A stretch of 54,283 bases of DNA from a virus (lineage: Duplodnaviria; Caudoviricetes): positions 1 to 54,283 of IMG/VR virus record IMGVR_UViG_3300017747_002036; one strand, written 5' to 3'. Positions 25,947 to 34,914 of this stretch are shown one piece after another. The position numbers and the translations under genes are program-made. How positions within the stretch are numbered: the stretch's first letter is position 1; each line of letters starts with the position of its first letter. The notes under the pieces are model-generated. The model had not been told where the DNA came from and made no database searches. It saw nothing but the letters and a program-made list of their open reading frames with translations.

Positions 25947-26432
25947 ACAGGACTCTTAGTGTATAAGCAGCCACATGTTCACACTTCAAAAGTAAAGTAA
26001 ACAATAACTTCATTTGTGTTTAGGTTATGTTATGGGGCACAAAATCGCCAAATTGCTGCATAAAGCATTAGCGTTTAATACCTCACTTTATGATACATAC
26101 AACAGAGATTCATACTGTAATTTTCCCTGTTTGTCTGGCTTTGTTAATGTTTACTTAAAGTAAAGCCTAGTTAGTGCTTATGGTAGCATACCTCAGCACG
26201 CTACTTTGTTGTCACCACTAGCTAGGTTGTCTTATCCTATTGGGATTTATTAGGTTACAGTGGCGGCTATTTAACAATTCGCAAATAGCAAACCGCAACC
26301 AGCAACTAACTAATTAAATCTTTGAACGCGTAGGATAAGTTGGAAACTTAGTTATACTCTCACATTGTCCAATAAAGGAGTCTCATGCTACGTTGTCATA
26401 GCATGATGTTATTGCGCTTGGTTACGCAATTA

Positions 26433-26447
26433 GCAAGAAGCGTGCCG
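26433..26447 (-). promoter_or_regulatory. sigma54-type promoter CGGCACGCTTCTTGC
   Basis: Near-consensus GGCACG-N4-TTGC in a non-coding region. Confidence 0.75.
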
Positions 26448-26744
26448 TTGTAATTTTCATACAGAGTCCAATAGAGTATACGCATCTCTACCGCAACCTT
26501 TTCGCATACAGTCTTCCAACTTGGGAATGTTAGTCTGTAGCTAGTAAGCTAGGCGCTTAAAGCTGTCTCAATGTTTTCACTTACATGCACTCACGGCATT
26601 CAGTTACTTCCACGTCTATATTTCGGTAACGCTACTAAGTAAGCTGTGGTTAACAGCGCAAAGGGTTTACTTATTCCGATTCGATGCTTTATTACTTAGC
26701 TGGCGGCTTATTGCATTCCGCCTATTACAAGCTAGTTACTGACT

Positions 26745-26777
26745 ACTGGGCAGTAGATATTTAACTTACTGCCCAGT
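26745..26777 (-). terminator. Hairpin after the 26785 stop
   Basis: actgggcagta...tactgcccagt, 11-bp stem. Confidence 0.7.
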
Positions 26778-26784
26778 GTGTCAA

Positions 26785-27342
26785 TTACTTGCTGGCTTCA
26801 TTCTTAGCGTTCACTTCCGCTGCCAAGTTAGCTTGCGCGGTAATTTCCTTTCGCACGAAGTCAAGCTCTTTCGTGATGCGTTTGATTGCCTTTTCAATCT
26901 TCACGCGTGCTTCTTGAGACGGTCCCTTGTCCAACTTCTTTTGTTCCTTCTCAAGGAGTTCCATTCCGATACGTTCTTGTGTCTCCAAAGGAACGGCCGT
27001 CTTAAGGAAACTATCCGTGCGCCGCTGGATGAAACTACCGTCTTTCATCCCTCCCCGTGGCGTAGAACGAACATGTTCCCAACCATCAGGGGAAGTGACT
27101 TGCTCTTTGAGTTTCGCTAACTCAAAGTGAACAATGGTTTTAAACTCCGTTGGGAGTTTACCCTCTATGCCACAAGCCTTACCAGTAGCATCGTAAATCC
27201 TTCCCATCGTGAAATTGTAGCTGGCGAGCTTGCCAGTTACCTTATCCAGCACCGTGCAAGTTTCAACGATGCTGGCCTTAATACGTGCCCGGAATGGTTC
27301 AAACGTATTGACGCTCTTTTGTGGTTCCATTACTTGAGTCAT
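26785..27342 (-). CDS. Hypothetical early protein
   Basis: 185 aa, C-terminal coiled coil. Confidence 0.8.
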   Translation of the reverse strand: MTQVMEPQKSVNTFEPFRARIKASIVETCTVLDKVTGKLASYNFTMGRIYDATGKACGIEGKLPTEFKTIVHFELAKLKEQVTSPDGWEHVRSTPRGGMKDGSFIQRRTDSFLKTAVPLETQERIGMELLEKEQKKLDKGPSQEARVKIEKAIKRITKELDFVRKEITAQANLAAEVNAKNEASK

Positions 27343-27396
27343 ATAGTTACACTTTCTGCGTTACCACCTAGTTAGGTAGTTTGTTTGGGTTTGACT

Positions 27397-27411
27397 TGGC
27401 ACCTAGTTAGC
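27397..27411 (+). promoter_or_regulatory. Possible antisense sigma54-type promoter TGGCACCTAGTTAGC
   Basis: GG-N10-GC, intergenic, but opposite to the local gene direction. Confidence 0.45.
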
Positions 27412-27506
27412 ACTCACGGCTTACTAGTCTACCAAGTATCAATGAGTCTTTATTGATCCATTGACTGTTAGGCACGATACTAGACCGTGCCTAAAGTGTC
27501 AAGGGA

Positions 27507-27695
27507 CTAATTGAAAGAAAATGTCCGCTTATCCCAATTATATACGCCAGCAGGATTCTTGCCAAACTTGTGGGCAATCCATTTAAAAACGAATTCATGC
27601 GGCCAATTTTCAGGAAACACAACGCAAGTAGGTTCTTCCACTGGCATACCTTGCAAGTTAGCAAGCTCATTAGCGTTAGACGGTTTAAGAATCAT
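27507..27695 (-). CDS. Small hypothetical protein, first gene of the minus arm
   Basis: 62 aa, directly behind a sigma54-type promoter. Confidence 0.65.
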   Translation of the reverse strand: MILKPSNANELANLQGMPVEEPTCVVFPENWPHEFVFKWIAHKFGKNPAGVYNWDKRTFSFN

Positions 27696-27710
27696 AGCAA
27701 GAGATTGTTA

Positions 27711-27725
27711 GCACTCCCTATGCCA
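27711..27725 (-). promoter_or_regulatory. sigma54-type promoter TGGCATAGGGAGTGC
   Basis: GG-N10-GC, 16 nt upstream of the ATG at 27695. Confidence 0.72.
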
Positions 27726-27729
27726 TACG

Positions 27730-28440
27730 CCAGAAAAACATTCTTAGGCGAGACTATACTCTGTAACTACCTAATAATGAGCTGCTTACAAACAATTCAT
27801 ACGTAAGCGTATAATGCTCAATTTTAGCCACTACTGTTTATTATTATACAGTCTGCCTAATACTAACCAACTATGTATAAATATAGTCAACTTCATGGTT
27901 AACTTTGGGCATATTGTCTAAATAGATACAGTGCAATTTGCATTCATTAGCCTTTCTTATTCCATGCCATATCTCCTATTACCTTCTACCATATACGCCA
28001 ATAGGAGAGCTTAACAGGTAACATTACTGTTCCTGTTATCTCTTTACCGGAATGGGGTTGAATTCCCTTTTCTTCTTTATATTATATATATTTTTTTATT
28101 ATTTGTATGTTATATATAACATACCTATAACCCCGCCAGCCCTGAAAAACTGCTCAAAAACGCCATTTCACAAAAAATCCCTTACGCGCTAATGCTCCTT
28201 TGCCTTGTGGCGTGGCGTCTACTTGTTACCTCCTGCTACCTAGTTGCTACCTAGCTACCTTATGACAATTCTTAGCCCGTAGTAGAACTACTTCATACGC
28301 TACTATTAGCTTACCTACTAACGACGTAGAAGTCGATGGACCCAACGGGTGAATGCCCCATTACATGCCACCTCTCACAAAATTGCAATTTTAGATTCAA
28401 GTGAACTTGAAGTGTGAAAGTGTAGAAGTAGGAGGTAAGA
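27730..28440. other. Non-coding divergence region; candidate origin, packaging site or physical genome end
   Basis: No convincing ORF; near-pure AT tract at 28075-28125; GCTACC direct repeats at about 28224-28260; lies just upstream of the terminase genes. Confidence 0.5.
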
Positions 28441-28446
28441 ATGCGA

Positions 28447-28461
28447 TGGTATACTTCTTGC
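28447..28461 (+). promoter_or_regulatory. sigma54-type promoter TGGTATACTTCTTGC heading the virion arm
   Basis: GG-N10-GC with a TTGC -12 box, upstream of the terminase genes. Confidence 0.8.
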
Positions 28462-28476
28462 TCTGTAGGAGAGTAT

Positions 28477-28590
28477 ATGAAAGATCAACTGTATAAACTT
28501 ATGCGTGTGGGAGAAGTAAATGGCTATGCCCTACAGAGTATGGTAATTGTTATGAACTGCCCAGCTCTGCGTGGATTATTCACTTCTTAA
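28477..28590 (+). CDS. Possible 37-aa leader ORF
   Basis: MKDQLYKLMRVGEVNGYALQSMVIVMNCPALRGLFTS; AGGAGAG upstream. Confidence 0.4.
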   Translation: MKDQLYKLMRVGEVNGYALQSMVIVMNCPALRGLFTS

Positions 28591-28654
28591 CAGTTGCAAA
28601 CATGCCGCCCGGTAACCAGAGCCTTGCCGTCCATTAGTCTACCTAGCATCATTT

Positions 28655-29110
28655 ATGACCTCCCTAGAACAACAAGTTATCTCTGCCTACGATGAGTGCG
28701 ACCTCTCCGTAGAAGAAATTCTTGCTGAGTTCGAGGGCCTAGAAAGGGAGTCAGTTCTAGTTACGCTACAGAAGTTCTCTAGCAAATATAAAGATGGAGT
28801 TAAGTCTGGTGAAGAGAAGAATGTTCTAACAGACAGTGAGATGGATGCACTTAAGGCAGTGCTAATGAATTTAGCTCTTGACGGAGAATGTGAGGCTGTT
28901 AAGTTCTCAGCTGCTAAATTCATGTTTAACGAAGGGAAAGGACGTAACAACCCTCAGAAGAACATTGGCCGCTCGCTAACTGTAAACATCTTACAACTTA
29001 ATGAACAGTTGAAAGCGGGTCAGTCTAGGTATCAGCAAGCACGTGAGCGTAAACTAACTTCGCAGCCAGCCCAAAACCCCTCGTCCGCCCTTACTACTGT
29101 TGATGTATGA
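28655..29110 (+). CDS. Putative terminase small subunit
   Basis: ATGA overlap with the large terminase; helical LMNLAL..ECEAVKFSAAKFM segment. Confidence 0.6.
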   Translation: MTSLEQQVISAYDECDLSVEEILAEFEGLERESVLVTLQKFSSKYKDGVKSGEEKNVLTDSEMDALKAVLMNLALDGECEAVKFSAAKFMFNEGKGRNNPQKNIGRSLTVNILQLNEQLKAGQSRYQQARERKLTSQPAQNPSSALTTVDV

Positions 29111-31062
29111 CAGAAGCTGAAGAAGTAGCCGCCTTAGCTCGTCAACTAGCCGAGAAGAAATCTTCTGGTAGACTACCTCGTAACCCTGTAGTAGAGTCTG
29201 TGGCGGCTAACTCCCCTGTTGCTGGTTGCGATTTGCGGGTTGCGGATTGCGATTCGGATACTTCTACTGCAGACCAATCTACAAATAGCAAAGGGCCCTC
29301 ACCTAAGCCAAAGGAGGGCGCGAAAGAGTATACAGAAGAGGACTTTGCTAAGCTACTAGCACCGCAAACTCAGCCGGACAAGTATAAACTAGTGGAGTTC
29401 CGTGACCCAGCTGAGCTACTTTACATTGTAGACCCTAACTTTCGAGATGGCAGACGTGACCTCTATGGTTGGCAGATGGAAACTCACGACTTATTCGTGA
29501 AGTGGAAGTATACTGAGCATGACCCACTTAAGTTCTACCTTCGTGCAGCTAACGGTTCAGGTAAAGATGCTTACGTAATCGCTCCTTTTGCTGTGTGGTT
29601 CGCCTTGTGTAAGGTTAGGTCGCGGGTAATCATCACATCTTCCTCTTACCAACAGCTAGAAACGCAAACGGAGTCCTACATTAGAACACTTTGTGCTCAA
29701 GTAAACGAGTATTTCCAAGAAGAAGTCTTCTACATAAGGAAACTTCACATCATTTGTAAGTGGACAGGAAGTGAAATCAAATTATTCTCTACAGATGACC
29801 CCGGCCGTGCAGAAGGTTATCATCCATTTCCAGATTATGCAGGGGCAGAGATGGCAATTGTAGTAAACGAAGCTAAGACTGTCCCTGATTGTATATTTGA
29901 AGCTCTAAAACGATGCACAGGATACAACTATTGGCTAGAAGTTAGCTCACCTGGACAAACATCTGGACATTTCTACAACGTAGTTACGAATGCGGTAGAT
30001 TATGTAGCCGGCACTACAACTTTCACAGGCGCGTCACTTACTAGGAAAGTCACAGCATATGAATGTGACCACTTCTCTAAGCAATCTATTGACCGTGAAG
30101 GAGAAGAAGTAGGCAGAGAGTCATCTTGGTTCCGTTCTTCTAAACTTGCTGAGTTTACTACGCAAGATGAGAGTGTAGTTATCAGTCGTGAACTGATTGA
30201 GAAAGTTCTACGACAGAATACTAGGCACATGCGAGTAAAAGGAGAAGTTAATAACAAGAAGTGTGGCACAGACTTAGGATTCTCTAAAGATGAAACAGTG
30301 TCTTGGGTAATAGATGGTAATAAACTACTGGACTCCTTCGAGATGGTGCAGAACGATACAACTGTTCAAGTAGATCGGTTATGTATGTTCTATGAGAAGC
30401 ATAATCTTAAGGGTGACGAGATAGCTGTAGATGACTCTAATTTCGGCCACTCTGTAAATGACATGTTAGGTCTGCGCGGGTATCAAGTTCGCCGCGTTAC
30501 AAACCAAAGCAGAGCATACTCTAGCAAAATCTACGGTAACAGAGGCGCTGAGATGTGGTTCAATTTTAAGCGTCTGTTGGAGTTAGGACTTGTTTGCGGA
30601 TTGGATAGAGTTAAGCACAAGATACTTATCGAGCAACTCTGTAACAGGTATTACAAGCAGACTGAATCTAACGGGAAGATATACTTAGAGAGTAAGAAAG
30701 AAGCTCGCGCTAATGGACATGGTAGTCCTGACCGTGCAGATGCTTTAGTTCTAGCGTTCTCTTTCTACAACGTAAATGATTTCCTAGAAGAAGCAGAGAG
30801 CGTAGAGGAGACTACGCTGCGGCAGAAGTCAAAAGGAAAGTTAGCAGCTGACTTTGCACGTGACTACGAAGAGAGAGTAACTTACAAGGGCCTTCATAGC
30901 TCCGGCACAGAAGCTGCTTCTTCTGATGAATCAAGTTGGAAACTAGCTACTACGTTTCAAGGTAGGATTCCTTCTGTTGTTGGATTCATTAGGAAGAGAA
31001 TCGGTAATAAGGATTCAGCAAGTCCAACTAAACCTTACAGTTTCAAAACGTCTTTAGATTAA
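29107..31062 (+). CDS. terL: Terminase large subunit
   Basis: WQ adenine-binding motif, Walker A RAANGSGKD, Walker B IVVNEA, coupling motif SSPG, nuclease GTDLG..DETV and SPDRADAL. Confidence 0.92.
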   Translation: MTEAEEVAALARQLAEKKSSGRLPRNPVVESVAANSPVAGCDLRVADCDSDTSTADQSTNSKGPSPKPKEGAKEYTEEDFAKLLAPQTQPDKYKLVEFRDPAELLYIVDPNFRDGRRDLYGWQMETHDLFVKWKYTEHDPLKFYLRAANGSGKDAYVIAPFAVWFALCKVRSRVIITSSSYQQLETQTESYIRTLCAQVNEYFQEEVFYIRKLHIICKWTGSEIKLFSTDDPGRAEGYHPFPDYAGAEMAIVVNEAKTVPDCIFEALKRCTGYNYWLEVSSPGQTSGHFYNVVTNAVDYVAGTTTFTGASLTRKVTAYECDHFSKQSIDREGEEVGRESSWFRSSKLAEFTTQDESVVISRELIEKVLRQNTRHMRVKGEVNNKKCGTDLGFSKDETVSWVIDGNKLLDSFEMVQNDTTVQVDRLCMFYEKHNLKGDEIAVDDSNFGHSVNDMLGLRGYQVRRVTNQSRAYSSKIYGNRGAEMWFNFKRLLELGLVCGLDRVKHKILIEQLCNRYYKQTESNGKIYLESKKEARANGHGSPDRADALVLAFSFYNVNDFLEEAESVEETTLRQKSKGKLAADFARDYEERVTYKGLHSSGTEAASSDESSWKLATTFQGRIPSVVGFIRKRIGNKDSASPTKPYSFKTSLD

Positions 31063-31072
31063 CTACAATATC

Positions 31073-33010
31073 ATGGCTCCATTAAATCAATCTCTAGCAG
31101 CTAGCAATGAGCAACTTGCTGCCCTCGGCCTTACTAACATGTTGCCGCCAGAAGGAACTCCAGAAGCAGGGAGTGAGCAAGACTATGCAAGTGAGTTATT
31201 TGACTTTAATAAGTTCTTAATCATTGGTAAACAACTTCACTCTGATTGGGCAAGTGAAATTGCACAGACGGAAGAGAACAGGGAACTTAGGAAGTTCGAG
31301 TGCGACCCAGAAGCCCTTCGTCAGTCTAAAGCTATTGGTGAAGATGAAACTTATGTTGCAGACAGGGTAATTGATAACAACATTAAGCGCGAACAACCCG
31401 CCTCCCTAAATTTCATTACGGCGTCTCGTAACGTAGTTACGTTCACTCGTAAGGATAACATGTCGGCTAATGAGAGGCTTGAAGAACTCTTTACGCGTGG
31501 CGCTAAGTATGTTGGTTGGGAGATGCCTTTCATTAAGGAAACAGACGGTGCATCTTGTCACGGTTGGGATTCTGTAGAGATTATCTACGACGAATCTAAA
31601 CCTCTTGGGTTTGCAATAGAACATATCGGACATGATAAGCTATTCTTCGCTTACGGTTCTAAGGAGTTAAATGCTGAAGAGGTAGTTCTCAGGGAATACG
31701 ACCTAACGTGTTCGCAACTTCGTGGATATGTTAAGAGTATTGGATTTAACTCAGAAGTAGTAGAGACTATCTTATCTGACAAACAATCTCCTACTAAGCG
31801 ATTCACAAATAACCGTATCTATAAAGTCTACTTCAAGATAGACGGAGTAGTGTTCATTGCTTGGGCCTCGTTTGATGGTAAGTCTAAAGATTGGCTTAAA
31901 GCTCCTGAGAAACTTCGTCTAGGAATCAAACACAAGGAAGTAACTCAAGTTCCAGTTCCGCCAGATGCGCCGCCGGAAGTAGCTTTAATGATAGCTGCTA
32001 GCCCAACAGTAGAGACATGGGTAGATGATGACATATCGGTGTTTCCTATCTTCCTTCTCGTTAGAGACCAAGATGAGCAGCAAGAAATCACCGCTCACTT
32101 AGGTCGTGCACACTTAGACCTTCCCGCCCAAGAAGCTTCTACAACGCTGTGGACAGCCCAAACTAACCAAGCAGTTAGGTCTAGTTACGTTATGTGGGCG
32201 GCAGATAGGGAAGATGGCGGTAGTGGTGGGAGTATCAAGCAGACGCAGATGAAGCTCGGTAATGGTATGGTTATAGACAAGCCACTGCGTCAATTTAAGA
32301 TAGACGAACCTACAGGTGGAATGTTGAAAGTTGTGCAGGCTCTTAAGATGCAGAACATTGAGCAAGCTGGGCAACAGTTGCAAGCAACTCTCTCGAAAGG
32401 TCCATCTGCGCGCACTACTGGAGAAGAGATTCAAACTGCTAAAGAGCAGCAGTCTCAACTCAGCATGATTAACCTCCTGCTACTCTCTATGCACATTCGT
32501 GATGTGTATTCGTTTGGTTGGAGGATTACTCAATCCCTCTTTCTGCAAGGTAAAGTGTGGCAAGCTACTGGTCTGACAGAAGAAGAAGTAGCAGCCGAGT
32601 ATGAACTTCGTGCAGGTGGTGATACTGACGTTATACAGCGCGCCGAGAAACTGAATAGGATGCAAGCATTCTGGCCTGTAGTAGCACAAACTCCTGCTGC
32701 TAGTTCGTTCCTTATTTCCATGTTGCAACTTGCGTTTCCTTCTGAGTGTGCTCCGTGGGTTGAAGCTCTTAAAGGACAAGACCCACGCCTTGTTGCTGCT
32801 ATGTTGTCTGACCTCCTTATGGCAACACTTACTCCAGACGAAGTAGCAGGGTTGCCTCCAGAACAGCAACAACTCATGCAGCAAGCTATCGCACAAGCGC
32901 AACAGTATAAGACTCAGTTAGCCATGCCTTCAAGTCCGAAGAACGATAACCAGCCTAGCGGCGGACCGGTTCGTGAAGATAATAAGCCGTCAACTACACC
33001 AACGCAATAA
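31073..33010 (+). CDS. Portal protein (putative)
   Basis: 645 aa directly after terL; RTTGEEI motif and Q/P-rich C-terminus typical of podovirus portals. Confidence 0.8.
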   Translation: MAPLNQSLAASNEQLAALGLTNMLPPEGTPEAGSEQDYASELFDFNKFLIIGKQLHSDWASEIAQTEENRELRKFECDPEALRQSKAIGEDETYVADRVIDNNIKREQPASLNFITASRNVVTFTRKDNMSANERLEELFTRGAKYVGWEMPFIKETDGASCHGWDSVEIIYDESKPLGFAIEHIGHDKLFFAYGSKELNAEEVVLREYDLTCSQLRGYVKSIGFNSEVVETILSDKQSPTKRFTNNRIYKVYFKIDGVVFIAWASFDGKSKDWLKAPEKLRLGIKHKEVTQVPVPPDAPPEVALMIAASPTVETWVDDDISVFPIFLLVRDQDEQQEITAHLGRAHLDLPAQEASTTLWTAQTNQAVRSSYVMWAADREDGGSGGSIKQTQMKLGNGMVIDKPLRQFKIDEPTGGMLKVVQALKMQNIEQAGQQLQATLSKGPSARTTGEEIQTAKEQQSQLSMINLLLLSMHIRDVYSFGWRITQSLFLQGKVWQATGLTEEEVAAEYELRAGGDTDVIQRAEKLNRMQAFWPVVAQTPAASSFLISMLQLAFPSECAPWVEALKGQDPRLVAAMLSDLLMATLTPDEVAGLPPEQQQLMQQAIAQAQQYKTQLAMPSSPKNDNQPSGGPVREDNKPSTTPTQ

Positions 33011-33034
33011 ACTCAAATAGAAAGCATCACATAT

Positions 33035-33358
33035 ATGTTATCAACTAAAGAAGCAATAGAGTTAAGTAAGAACAAACCTGTAGATGAGAAGAAAGCAGAG
33101 AGTGCAGCTGAATTAGCTGAGTTGCGTTTAGTTAAGTTGCAATGGTTAGAGCATCCTGTAACTAAAGCCTTGATTAAATACTTGTCTGAGCATGAACTGA
33201 ACGAAATAGCTTCAGCTGTTGCTTGCAAGAGTCTGAATAGAGACCAAGATGCGCTTAACAGATTAGTCTCATTGGAGCAGATTAGAGTTATCAAACACGC
33301 GATATCTTCGCCTAATTTCATTTTCGGTAATGCACACACTACCAACAATCAAGAATAA
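33035..33358 (+). CDS. Hypothetical head-assembly protein
   Basis: 107 aa between portal and scaffold; WLEHPVTK motif. Confidence 0.7.
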   Translation: MLSTKEAIELSKNKPVDEKKAESAAELAELRLVKLQWLEHPVTKALIKYLSEHELNEIASAVACKSLNRDQDALNRLVSLEQIRVIKHAISSPNFIFGNAHTTNNQE

Positions 33359-33369
33359 GAACACAACAT

Positions 33370-34590
33370 ATGGACCCAGAAGAAATTGATAAAGAGCCTG
33401 TAATTGAAACTCCCTCTGCCGGAGATTCTGCACCTGTTGCAGATAACACTCCTGCACCAGTTAGTAACGACAATCCATCTGTTGAAGATGTGATGGCAGA
33501 ATTTACTTCTGCTGGTTTAGCTCCGTCTATTGGCGAAACCAAGAAGCCACTTCCGCCGCCAGTTACTGTGCCTGCGCCAGGAACTAAGCCAACTCCTAAG
33601 CCAGTTGCTAAGGTTGAAGAACCAAAAGAGGAAGAGAAGAAGGAAGCTGCACCCGAAGGTGTAGAAGGGTTGTTCAAGAAGATGGGAGAGCTTGCGAAAG
33701 AGCCTGCTCCAGCCAAGGAAACGCCCAACGTAAGTAAAGGAGGGAAGCCAACACATAGAGATTACGCTAAAGACTTGCCTACTGAATTGCATGCTGTAGC
33801 AAAGGAGATGTCTAATCCTGCATATACTGAGTTCGTTAAGTATGTGCAAGAGAATAAGGCTCTTAAAGCCGATAAGACAATCAAGTCTGAGAACGGTTTG
33901 CCTGTATCTTACTTAGAACATCCCGACTCTTACATTCTATCTCCTGACTTCAATCAAGCAACGCAAGTTATTAGGCAAGCAGACAGTGTGTTAGCTCACT
34001 GGGAAGTGCAGAAGAGGAAGATTGCAGAAGGCGAAGATTGGCAAGACTTGGACGTAGATGAGAATGGGAAGATAGTCTTAGGTCGTGTGCATCCAGCTAG
34101 CGAAGAAGCTAAGTTCAAGATTGGGCAATACATTCAACATGTTTCTAGTAAGAAACAGGAAGCTCAGAGATTCGCTGGAGAAATCAAGCAGACATTCGTT
34201 GCTCGCACTCAACAGACAACTAAGTGGTTAAGGGAGCAGGAAGATATTCACATGCCTATGTTTAAAGATGAGAAGTCTCCTCTCTGGGCAGATGCAAATG
34301 AAGTCTACAAGCAACTTCCTCCTGAGTTGCGGCATTCTCCTCTGTCGTCCACTCTTGCCAAGACAGTAGCCGTCAACAGGGCTTCTATTGGCTACAATAA
34401 GATGCTGATGCAGCAAGTGGATGAACTCAAGAGTAGGCTTGCGAAATACGAAAAAGTAGAACGTCCGGCGGGTAACAATGGAGTTGTGAAGGCGTCTGCT
34501 ACAAGTGGAGGTAGGTCAACAGTTAAGCCGGGAGATGTTCCAGTAGAGAATGTTTTGGAAGAGTTTGCAGCTGCGGGATTTAAGTTGTAA
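33370..34590 (+). CDS. Scaffolding protein (putative)
   Basis: P/E/K-rich disordered N-terminus plus coiled coils; lies before the capsid gene. Confidence 0.65.
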   Translation: MDPEEIDKEPVIETPSAGDSAPVADNTPAPVSNDNPSVEDVMAEFTSAGLAPSIGETKKPLPPPVTVPAPGTKPTPKPVAKVEEPKEEEKKEAAPEGVEGLFKKMGELAKEPAPAKETPNVSKGGKPTHRDYAKDLPTELHAVAKEMSNPAYTEFVKYVQENKALKADKTIKSENGLPVSYLEHPDSYILSPDFNQATQVIRQADSVLAHWEVQKRKIAEGEDWQDLDVDENGKIVLGRVHPASEEAKFKIGQYIQHVSSKKQEAQRFAGEIKQTFVARTQQTTKWLREQEDIHMPMFKDEKSPLWADANEVYKQLPPELRHSPLSSTLAKTVAVNRASIGYNKMLMQQVDELKSRLAKYEKVERPAGNNGVVKASATSGGRSTVKPGDVPVENVLEEFAAAGFKL

Positions 34591-34637
34591 CTAACAAGTT
34601 AGTTATCAATAGCGTGCCTTGTGTAACACAATTACCT

Positions 34638-34652
34638 TGGCACGCTTTCTGC
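34638..34652 (+). promoter_or_regulatory. sigma54-type promoter TGGCACGCTTTCTGC for the major capsid gene
   Basis: Near-consensus TGGCACG-N4-YTGC, intergenic. Confidence 0.9.
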
Positions 34653-34663
34653 TTTATACTGAT

Positions 34664-34914
34664 TCGTAGGTAACAGTGCTACACAAAATCTGCTAGTTGG
34701 GCACCTAGCTAATCTTACTTACCTACAAGTAAGTTCTTCTTCGCCACATTTGGTTAGTTTTCTTTAGTGCTGGGCGACACTAAGACATAGTTGTAATTTA
34801 TGGCTTAGTAGTCGGGCAACTTCTTAGCCTTCATTGTTACTTCTGTGTTTTCTTGTTTCGTCAGCTTGTGCCCTAACAATTCAATAACAATTACGGTTTA
34901 ACTAAAGAAAACAT
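34664..34914 (+). ncRNA. Structured leader (about 250 nt) of the capsid mRNA with three GGGC-loop hairpins
   Basis: Stems at 34692-34709, 34761-34785 and 34802-34829, each capped by GGGC; outer stem gtaggtaa/ttacctac. Confidence 0.65.
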
